Positions 57,201-64,000 of a stretch of 64,000 bases of DNA are shown piece by piece; position 1 is the first letter of the stretch; each line of letters opens with the position of its first letter. A model generated the notes under the pieces. The model did no database searches. It saw nothing but the letters and a program-made list of their open reading frames with translations, and was not told the DNA's origin. This DNA is from Planctomycetota bacterium. GTDB taxonomy: Bacteria; Planctomycetota; UBA8108; SXIK01. The translations under genes and the position numbers were made by a program. The stretch spans positions 5,632,001 through 5,696,000 of the forward strand of contig CBDCXR010000004.1 in NCBI GenBank assembly GCA_965223845.1. The letters run 5' to 3'.

Positions 57201-58515
57201 TTCGAGAGGAATCGAATGCCGCCGGCGAGAGCGTGGTCCGCTCGGGCGACGCGACGGGATCGGGAAGCGCGTGGCACGCTCCACAGCGCCGAGCCGCGAT
57301 GATCGTTTTCGCCGACGAAGCGTCTCCGTCCCCCGGCGCTGCGGATTCGTCGTGCGTTCGCGACACCTCGCCTTCACCAGAAAGCGACGTCAGAAACGCC
57401 ACCACGTTGTCGAGTCCGCCGTCGCGCCACGGGAGACGCGGCCGGTGGGTCTCGAGCGCTTGTTCGCTCCCAGCGCCCGAGAGCCATCGGCGGAGACCAC
57501 GGACATCGCGATGGTCTACCGCACGATCGAGAGGCCCTCCAGCGTGCCGTTTACCAAGGCCCACGCCGCCGAGCGTGTGGCACGCGAGACAACCGCCTGT
57601 CTCGACGACGCGACGCCCGGCGCGAGCGTTCGGATTCTTCGTCTGAGGGCTCTTCTGCGTGGGCCGCGGATCCGTTCGAGCGGCCGCGGAAGATGCCGCC
57701 GCGAGATAGCGCGCGATGGCGCGAACATCGTCCTCCGCGAGGTCGAACTCCGGCATGCGCGCTCCGGGATGCGCGGCCGCCGGAGACCGCACGCGCGCCC
57801 GGAGATGACTCTCGGTGAGCGTCGGTGCGCGAAGCGCCGGCGCCGAACGAGGCGACGGGAGTCCGGGAATGGCGTGACACGCGGCACACGAGAGTCGGTG
57901 CGCGAGACGACGCCCGCGCTCGCGTTCCGTGAGCGCGCGCGACAGCGGACCGTCGCGATGGAAAACGGCTCCGCCGCCGAGCGGTTCCCACGGCAAGAAC
58001 GATGTCCGCCAATACGCGCTGATTTGCCCTCGCGTCGTCGCGCGGTACTCGACCTCGAGCTCAGTGAGTCCGAAGGGGAGCGCCATCTCGAAACGCACGG
58101 GCGTACCGGGTTCGCGGATCGAGATCGATCCCGATTGAGTGCCGAGGCGGTAGCGCACTTCGCCGGGGTCACCCAGTATCGCGAGCTCGTAGGTTTCGTC
58201 GTCGGGGACGTCGACGAGTCCGCGCCAGCGGCGGACCGTGCTCGGCTGGACTCGGCCGGCGAGCCGCGTGACGATCTCGGCCGGCTCGGCTCCGACCGGC
58301 GAAGCGCCGTCCGAACGCTCGAGGGTCGAGAGAAGACCCGGACGCAGGTTGCGGTCATCCCCCGCGGCGTTCTCCGCCGGCGATGCGCTCGCGGGTATCG
58401 AGGCGGCGATCCAGCTCGCGAGCGCGAGCGCCCGCGCGGCGTAGCGCGCGGGGACCGAGCGCTCTGAGCTGAGCGGAATGGATCGACGAGCGTTCAAACG
58501 GACGGCACTTCGCAT
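54211..58515 (-). CDS. Large secreted pentaheme c-type cytochrome with C-terminal beta-propeller (PVC-type)
   Basis: CxxCH five times (CAACH, CLACH, CGACH, CFSCH, CSSCH). Propeller motifs DADGDG, SDNQG, EINHL. Confidence 0.85.
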   Translation of the reverse strand: MRSAVRLNARRSIPLSSERSVPARYAARALALASWIAASIPASASPAENAAGDDRNLRPGLLSTLERSDGASPVGAEPAEIVTRLAGRVQPSTVRRWRGLVDVPDDETYELAILGDPGEVRYRLGTQSGSISIREPGTPVRFEMALPFGLTELEVEYRATTRGQISAYWRTSFLPWEPLGGGAVFHRDGPLSRALTERERGRRLAHRLSCAACHAIPGLPSPRSAPALRAPTLTESHLRARVRSPAAAHPGARMPEFDLAEDDVRAIARYLAAASSAAARTDPRPTQKSPQTKNPNARAGRRVVETGGCLACHTLGGVGLGKRHAGGPLDRAVDHRDVRGLRRWLSGAGSEQALETHRPRLPWRDGGLDNVVAFLTSLSGEGEVSRTHDESAAPGDGDASSAKTIIAARRCGACHALPDPVASPERTTLSPAAFDSSRSCLHPRSPSSPFRPRYDVTPEERRALEAYLRSPSPALTEETHGALAIDAEGCFSCHRRGSRTALGEVIQAVTARDDSLRGAEGALRPPALSAAGDKFPVGLIARTLRTPVERRPWLRVRMPSFAHLSPEEEGAIESWFAAEDRVPEVLLEPPAREDPPTDRFAVGHRLVGAAGFGCSSCHDLASFSPAGVAPNVRGVNLASLSRWMRPEFFRRWMRDPSRIVPGIEMPAIAAGSSPALGGDWDAQMSAIWEAINSPSFSAPPADRLVRELEPTAARAIVVRDVFRARGPFGEGWTPRAFAIGFLGGQNVLFDLDALSLRAWWRGRFAGEYTRGKTWLWEPLGSPIVGRFPRVASIGIRSEAGWDRVRRDAQSLGRLRGWRHVEDGVRVDYRLEFEQSGVVDVSETIRAWAEAGARRGFERRIRVRTDGERNVWIFAALDSELAASLEVRGARGALAFDSPGGRVEVAGTSGERSLPLAAIEDGAAGVGTLETGGSREGDRVFGWRAEQAAGGESIALLRYALEAGEPLEVSAAPPVETGIVRARERLPLVPGFRVEQLPLPSRIMPTAFAFPPAGEGAVVASLKGDVYLLRDADGDGFEDDARVIADQLAAPFGLAFDGSTLLVSHKPEILRLRDTTGDGFLDRADVVATGWGYTHDYHDWTVGVIPRGDRIYAFLGSDYAQAARDRATTLYRGKAIAVSVSGDIEAVARGVRYSVGAAKNSTGAIFFSDNQGVGNPFNEINHLRAGKIYGMPSLTDPEPDRAVRGEPPAIKIPHPWTRSVNGITFLEAGGAFGVFEGHGIGCELDNRMLIRFTLDRIGDTYQGACYPLSRSGPDGPRLLGPLSCAVSPAGRLYVGNLHDSGWGGGANVGSILRLELAADEVPTGIREVRAWRGGFDIEFTRAVARAKAVDPGSYRVSGYQRIWKGGYATPDRDRHEAKVIAARLAATGRSVRLEVGALRPGFLYDIQVDDAVGGDGTDGLWPRVAHYTLNRIPTE

Positions 58516-59019
58516 GGAAGATAAGGGGGAGAACCGGCGAGAAGCAGCGATCGCCAGATTCTAATGGACGCGCGGAGGGGGACGCGCCGGCGTCCGGCTC
58601 GACTAGGCAGTTGTGAGCGCATATAGATCGTATCTTCGCGACCTATCGATCTTTCGAGCGCGACCGCGGGATAGGCCCCGGTTCGGGCGAAAGCTCTGCG
58701 GAGAACGGTCGCCTTCGATCCCTCGAGCGCCGGAACGGACTCCGGAAGCGTCCGCGGGGTTCCAACGGAGGCGGAATCGCTCGGCGTGGGCTCCGTTAGA
58801 CGCGAAAACTGTAGTGTTCCGGCGACTCTCGTCGTCTTAAGATGCGCGATGGTCGCGTGTTCGATGCGCGGAGGTTTCCGTGGGAACCGCCGCGTGGCGC
58901 CCGCGCGTTGTATCCAACTGCGGGCCTCTCGCGAGGCGCCAACGCGTCCAAGGTACGAACCGAACGAAGCGGATCCCGGGGGAAAACACCGGGGGGGACC
59001 AATACGGAGAGGGAACCCT

Positions 59020-60066
59020 ATGAATCGAGCTCTCAGATACGGCGCGCCGGTCCTCGGCCTGGCCGCGGCGCTCTGGCTTGGCGCGTTCGCGAACGCGACG
59101 GCGACCGCCCCCGCCAAGCTGCAGGAATCGCTGAGCCTCGGCGAGCACTGGTACGGCCCGAAGATCACGGCGAAGGATCTTCTCGGAAAGGTCGTCCTCT
59201 ACGAAGTCTGGGGGAAGAACTGAGGCCCCTGCATCAGTGCGATGCCGCAGCTCGTGAAGCTGCAGAAAGACTACAAGGACCAGGGCTTCACCATCATCGC
59301 GAACCACGCTCAGAACATCCCGAAGGATGAGGTGGTGACGTATCTCCGTTCGGCGAAGGTGAACTTCACCGTGACGAGCGGCGGGCGCGTCGACGTGCCG
59401 AATCGCCTGAGCGGAATCCCAGCGGCGTACCTATTCGACTCGAGCGGGAAGCTCGTCCTCTCCGGACGACCCGCGACGATGAAGCAACAGATCATCGATC
59501 TCATTCAGAGCGAGCCGCATTTCCTCGCCGCCGGTCGGTCGTACAAGAAGCTCGGGAAGATCGCCGCGTCGCTCAAGCGGTCGAAAGCGTACGCCTCGAT
59601 CCTGAAGAAGCTCGACAAGGAAGAAAAGAAGGGCGGTGAGGCCGCCGAAGAAGCCGCGTATCTCTCGAGCCGCATTCGGAACTACGGAAAAGATCGCTAC
59701 CTGGCGGCGAAGAAGCTCGAACGGAGCGACGCCTTCGGGGCGATGTCGATCTACAACGAGCTCAAGGTCACCTTCAAGGGCGAGAAAGCCGGCGACAAGG
59801 CCGACGAACGCATCAAGGCCCTGAAGAAGAACAAGGAGTTCCAAACCGAGCTCAAAGCGGGTGAGATCGCGGCAAAGATCCTCGCCGAATGCGAGAAGCT
59901 AACCGTGCCGCGCGGCCGCTCGAAGCCGGACCTGAGCGGCGGCCAGAACAAGCGCATCGCCGGTAAAGTGCGCGGAATGATGGCCGTTCTCCTCAAGCGG
60001 TACGGCGAGACGAACGCGGCGAAGAAGGCGAAGGCTGATCTCAAGGACTACGGGTTCAGTTTCTGA
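59020..60066 (+). CDS. Selenocysteine-containing thioredoxin-like (TlpA/redoxin) protein, UGPC active site
   Basis: ATG 59020 with GGAG RBS and signal peptide. GKVVLYEVWGKN-TGA-GPC continues in frame to 60066. The TGA at 59221-59223 occupies the first Cys position of CxxC. Confidence 0.88.
59224..59265 (+). promoter_or_regulatory. Putative bacterial SECIS element
   Basis: Stem GCAGCT (59247-59252) / AGCTGC (59258-59263) with loop CGTGA, about 29 nt after the UGA. Additional GCATC/GATGC stem at 59231-59245. Confidence 0.6.
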
Positions 60067-60097
60067 GGTCGGTTTCTCTCAGACTCGTTCGAAAGTG

Positions 60098-60139
60098 AAA
60101 CACCCGCGTGCGGAAGACTCCGCGCGCGGGTGTTTTTTT
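60098..60139 (+). terminator. Rho-independent terminator
   Basis: AAACACCCGCGTGCGGA-AGAC-TCCGCGCGCGGGTG followed by TTTTTTT, directly after the redoxin gene. Confidence 0.9.
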
Positions 60140-60182
60140 GCTCCGAGGGACAGTCGAGCCGCTGGAGGACGGCCATCTCGAG

Positions 60183-60791
60183 CTAAGAGCCGAGCGGTTC
60201 CTGATCGCTGTCCGATTCGTCGATCTCATCGAGCTTCGCGTCTGCGGCAACGTCATCGTCGTAGATATCGAGCAGAAACCAGCCCGCCAGAAAATCTACG
60301 AGTTCTCCTGGGTTCACGCCGAGGCGGAGCCCACCGGCGAGAACGCCAGCGGAAACCTCGAGTTGGGTGTACCTCGGCGCTACGCGTCTCCAGTCCCCAG
60401 CCTCTTCGAAACCACCGAAGTATCCACGGGGATCGGTGTGCGGGTGCCAGTACGGGAGCAAGAAAAACGAGCTGACGTGAAACTCTTTCCTTCGACGGTC
60501 ATCGTCGAATCCCCAAAAACCGTGAAGGAACCCCCAAGGGGGCGCGAAGCTGCAGTCGAGGAACTCGAACTCCGTCCACTGTCCTCCGATCAAACCTCGG
60601 CCCGTTGCGCCCGACGAACTGCAGTACACACCTGGTCCCCAAGGCCCAACCTGGGCTTTCACACCAAAGGTCTGGGTCTCCACCGTTGCCGTGAAGATGT
60701 CGAGGACGTCTCGGCCTCGGTTCGACCAGTACGACGCGCAACCACACGCCATCGAAACGACGCAGACCGCAAGCCCTCGTAGGAACATCAT
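60183..60791 (-). CDS. Hypothetical lipoprotein
   Basis: Lipobox-like MACG-C, then YWSNRGRDVLDIF...GVNPGELVDFLAGWFLLDIYDDD. Confidence 0.75.
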   Translation of the reverse strand: MMFLRGLAVCVVSMACGCASYWSNRGRDVLDIFTATVETQTFGVKAQVGPWGPGVYCSSSGATGRGLIGGQWTEFEFLDCSFAPPWGFLHGFWGFDDDRRRKEFHVSSFFLLPYWHPHTDPRGYFGGFEEAGDWRRVAPRYTQLEVSAGVLAGGLRLGVNPGELVDFLAGWFLLDIYDDDVAADAKLDEIDESDSDQEPLGS

Positions 60792-61032
60792 TCCTAGATT
60801 CGGTCGGCTCGGTCCGGAATGTTCCCGGCTCGATCGCCAAGTGCTCGTCGGGTGCATCGCGATACGACTTTTTCGTGCGGACGACAATTGGACAAGGGAC
60901 GACGTATTCCGGATTTAGTTTCTGATTCCGGCCTCGCTCAGTCGGATCCAATCTGAAACACGCGCGAGTTTTCTCCTGAGAAATCGACGCGCAGACTTGA
61001 GCTGCGAGTCCAGCTCGAACGCCTACGAAGGA

Positions 61033-62367
61033 CTAATTCGCCGGCAACCAGCGCGGATGGTCCGCACCGCGCTCCTCCAGACCGCGAGTGAGTAGACGGG
61101 GAGGGCTTCCGTCCGCATCCATCACGTAGAGTCCAGGCACGCCACCGGTCTCCGCGCGGCAAAATGCGATCTGCCGTCCCGAGGGCGATTCGCTCGCGCG
61201 AAAGTCCCAGACGGGCGGGTCATTCTGGGTCAGGCGCTTCACGGAGCCGTCGCGTGGACTGAGCCGGCAGATCTCCGTCCCTCCGCGCGCCGACTCGGGT
61301 TTGAAGTCACGGTTGAAATGATCGGTGTCGGGCCGCTGCGGTTGGTATTCCCACGGCACCTTCGATCCGGCGAGCCGGCGCGGGAAGAGAATATCACCGT
61401 CGCTCGTCCACGCCGCGAGATTCGACCCGCCGCCGCGGTTCTCTGGACTCCCGTACGTCGCGCCGAACCACATGGTCTGGCCTTCGGTGAGTACGCGGAA
61501 GTCGCTGCCGTCCGGGCGCGCGAGACAGAGGTCGCTCCAGTCGTGACCGGGATCGGTCTTGAAGTGGCAGCTTTGAAAGAGCAGCCACGCTCCGTCCGGA
61601 GACCAGCGCGGACCGAAGTAGAGGTGGTCCGGATGCGCGGCGACTCGGACACGGTCTCCGCCTCGCGTGTCGCTCATCCAGATCTGATATCCCTGCGGGC
61701 TGGCGAGATGGTACGCCACGCGCTCCCCGTCCGGGCTGAGGCTGAGACCGTAGGGCAGACCCTCGCCCAGCCGCGTGAACTCGCGCGCATCCGAGCCGTC
61801 AAAGTTCATGCTGAAGATCTGACCGCCCGCATCACGCACCACTTGCACGAGCAGTCGTTCGTCGGACAGCAGCAACGCCGGCGTGTAGAAGACAGCGAGT
61901 CGGTCGCGCGTGCAGATCTCCGTGAGCCGGTCGCGGTCGAAGTCGTAGAGCCAGAGATGCGTAGGAGTTCGGTGGTAGTACTGATCGAACGGTCGGCCGG
62001 GGCCGTCGCGCCGCGCCTCCATGCTGAGGAAGATCATTCGACGCCCGTCCGAGAGGAACGGCCCCGGCTGCCAGGTCACCTGCTCCTCCTCTCGAAAGTC
62101 GAAGTAGCGCAGCCCGGAACCGTCGGCGCGAATGACCGCGGTGCGGCCTTGCGAAGTGAAGAAGAGCCTTCCCGAGCGAGTCCGGTCGTTGCGACGCGTC
62201 CTCGCAGTCCCGCAGGCCGGCAGGAAACCGAGCGCGGAGGTCGCGACGGCGGAGGCGAGAAACGCGCGCCGGCTTGCGGGCCGAGACGACAGCGGCGAGT
62301 CCGCGCCCAGTGGGCCAGGAACTTCGTGCTTCGGCAGAGCGAGTGTAGTGCGGGGAGGCTGGGTCAT
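61033..62367 (-). CDS. Tat-exported TolB-like (PD40) beta-propeller protein, possibly a lipoprotein
   Basis: Twin-arginine motif SRRAFL, LPAC lipobox-like segment, repeated SPDG/ADGS/PRW motifs. Start position is uncertain. Confidence 0.85.
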   Translation of the reverse strand: MTQPPRTTLALPKHEVPGPLGADSPLSSRPASRRAFLASAVATSALGFLPACGTARTRRNDRTRSGRLFFTSQGRTAVIRADGSGLRYFDFREEEQVTWQPGPFLSDGRRMIFLSMEARRDGPGRPFDQYYHRTPTHLWLYDFDRDRLTEICTRDRLAVFYTPALLLSDERLLVQVVRDAGGQIFSMNFDGSDAREFTRLGEGLPYGLSLSPDGERVAYHLASPQGYQIWMSDTRGGDRVRVAAHPDHLYFGPRWSPDGAWLLFQSCHFKTDPGHDWSDLCLARPDGSDFRVLTEGQTMWFGATYGSPENRGGGSNLAAWTSDGDILFPRRLAGSKVPWEYQPQRPDTDHFNRDFKPESARGGTEICRLSPRDGSVKRLTQNDPPVWDFRASESPSGRQIAFCRAETGGVPGLYVMDADGSPPRLLTRGLEERGADHPRWLPAN

Positions 62368-62737
62368 CGTATCGGGACCTTGGGCAGGTCGAGCGCTCGT
62401 CTGAATCGTCGGGTCTCCGAGCATCGTCGTCCAGGCGGCGGCGGCCGTCTCCCGATCGAGGAGAGGCCCGACGGTGAGAATCGCTCATTTGGCGCGGACA
62501 CGTACTGACCGGCGGGAACCCGCGCGGCGACGTGCCGCTCCGGACAGTGTGATCGAGAAAGATCGCAGAATTCGAGCGCGAAAACCGGTCGACCTCCGAA
62601 CCTGGAGTGCCAGCGTCGACTTGACGTTGGCCGCCAGTGATTCGTCCCGATAGCTCGACGTGAGGACGCCGTACGCGCGACGGCTCCCTCGCGTCGGCCT
62701 CATGCCCAGGGGGTGCAGCCATCTGGAGGTCGAACTG

Positions 62738-64000
62738 ATGTCCCGTACATTCCACCGCACCGTGCTCGGCTTGGCCCTTTCTATCGTCGCGTCGGCGCCC
62801 GTGCTGCCCCAGGACGGCCTCTTCGACGAGGGAAACGTCGAGGAGGTGCCCCTCGGCGGAGTTCGCGTTCTCGGAAGCGCGATCCACGTTCGGCCCGATC
62901 CGCTTTCTCCGAAGGAAGAGCTCATCCGACTCACCACTGGGAAAGAGGGCGACGTCGGAAGCGTCTGGTTCGAGCAGCCCGTCCCGCTCGGACCGCTCCC
63001 CCTTCGCCTCGAGTTCGACCTCTTCGTCAAGTCGGCGAGTGCGGACCCGCCCGACGGGCTCGCGGTCAACTTTCAGTTCGAGAGCGATCTCGCCCTCGAA
63101 GGGCGCGGCGGTGACGGCGTCGGTGCGTGCTTCGAACCCGGGCGTGAGCATCTCTCCTTGGTGTTCGATCAGCGCGACGACGGCTCGCTCGATCCCGAGA
63201 CGAGCTGCGATCTCGCTCGCGGCCCTCGAACTTGCGACTTCGAGGTCCACCGGAACTCTTGTCCGGGCGATGAGCTTCCGCTCGCAAGCAGCTCCGCGCT
63301 CGGCGAGGACGGACCGGATCTCGTTGCTTTGGGAATGGATCGCCGGAAGCTTCGGCTCGCGGTCGAGTACATCCCGCCCGGCGTCGTCGAGGAGCCGAGC
63401 GAAGGCCACATCCGAGTCTCGGTCGAGCCGGCTGGAGCAGTGCGAGACGGCTGGGAGCAGACCTTTCCCGCGCGCCTGGTTTTCGACGACGCCGGCCCCC
63501 GAGGTCCCGCCGCCTGGCTCGGCCTCGCGGGCTCGTCGGCGAGCGCAGATACCGCCTTCGAGGTCGAGAACCTCCGCGTCGTCGTCGTGCCGGAGACTCC
63601 GAGCGGCGACTGGAATCGGTCGATCGAGGCCGTCGCGATTACCCCGAGCGATGAGGACGGTCTCTTCGATCTCCACGCCTTCGTGCGCCTCGATCCGGGA
63701 ACCGATGAAATTCCGCCGCGGCTCGATACCGAGGTCGAGTTTCGCGTCGACGGCGTTCCCGTCGGGGCAGCCACGATCGCGTCGGAAGCGGACGAAGAAA
63801 GTCTCGAGTCGGCTTTGCTCGCCGGAATCAAGCTCGAAGGCGGGGTGACCGTCGAAATTCACGCCCGCCCGGCCGACGGTGCGGCGCCCGAGATCGACTC
63901 TTTCGACGACGCCTCCCGGCACGTCTTCGGCGGAGTGGAGCACTGCTGGGATCGCGGACTCTCGAGTTTCACGATCGTTGAGAACGACGACGAAAGCTTC
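62738..64000 (+). CDS. Secreted protein with N-terminal legume(L)-type lectin-like domain (runs off window; absent from ORF track)
   Basis: GGAGG RBS, ATG 62738, signal peptide MSRTFHRTVLGLALSIVASAPVLPQ. Lectin-like motifs LIRLTTG...GSVWF...FDLFV...DPPDGLAVNF. No stop codon up to 64000. Confidence 0.75.
   Translation, partial: MSRTFHRTVLGLALSIVASAPVLPQDGLFDEGNVEEVPLGGVRVLGSAIHVRPDPLSPKEELIRLTTGKEGDVGSVWFEQPVPLGPLPLRLEFDLFVKSASADPPDGLAVNFQFESDLALEGRGGDGVGACFEPGREHLSLVFDQRDDGSLDPETSCDLARGPRTCDFEVHRNSCPGDELPLASSSALGEDGPDLVALGMDRRKLRLAVEYIPPGVVEEPSEGHIRVSVEPAGAVRDGWEQTFPARLVFDDAGPRGPAAWLGLAGSSASADTAFEVENLRVVVVPETPSGDWNRSIEAVAITPSDEDGLFDLHAFVRLDPGTDEIPPRLDTEVEFRVDGVPVGAATIASEADEESLESALLAGIKLEGGVTVEIHARPADGAAPEIDSFDDASRHVFGGVEHCWDRGLSSFTIVENDDESF

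Noticed and set aside
59242-60066. Stand-alone 274-aa ORF, or a pseudogene interpretation of the redoxin
   Set aside because: It starts just after the active site and is in frame with the upstream part. The TGA sits exactly at the catalytic Cys position with a hairpin behind it, so Sec recoding is more parsimonious.

Overview
High-GC bacterial DNA, most likely from a Planctomycetota (PVC) genome. The evidence is a DUF1549/DUF1553 (PSD1) protein, PVC-type multiheme proteins and Cys-rich dockerin-like C-terminal tags. I support about 35 real CDSs; most other ORFs in the track are GC-rich shadow frames. I found no rRNA, tRNA, CRISPR array or transposase. Main observations: (1) Two ~1600-aa Ser/Thr kinase-STAND ATPase-TPR-sigma54 activator proteins point toward each other and show complementary catalytic degeneracy. 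They bracket a canonical sigma54 promoter in front of a secreted protein with alternating dockerin and cohesin-like modules, and two more dockerin-tagged secreted proteins lie nearby. (2) An unannotated selenoprotein: a thioredoxin-like protein with a UGPC active site and a SECIS-like hairpin, which the ORF track splits in two. (3) A family of CACGAAG-based repeats, including a perfect 38-bp inverted pair, surrounded by zones of altered, C-depleted codon usage. (4) A translationally coupled SDR-SIS-MetE-like-MBL operon of unknown pathway. (5) An Rrf2 operator, an OmpR-type box, an RG-rich repeat protein, a dual-receiver protein with a disordered linker, and a possible structured RNA leader. 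All functional calls come from motif reading by eye; no database search was run.
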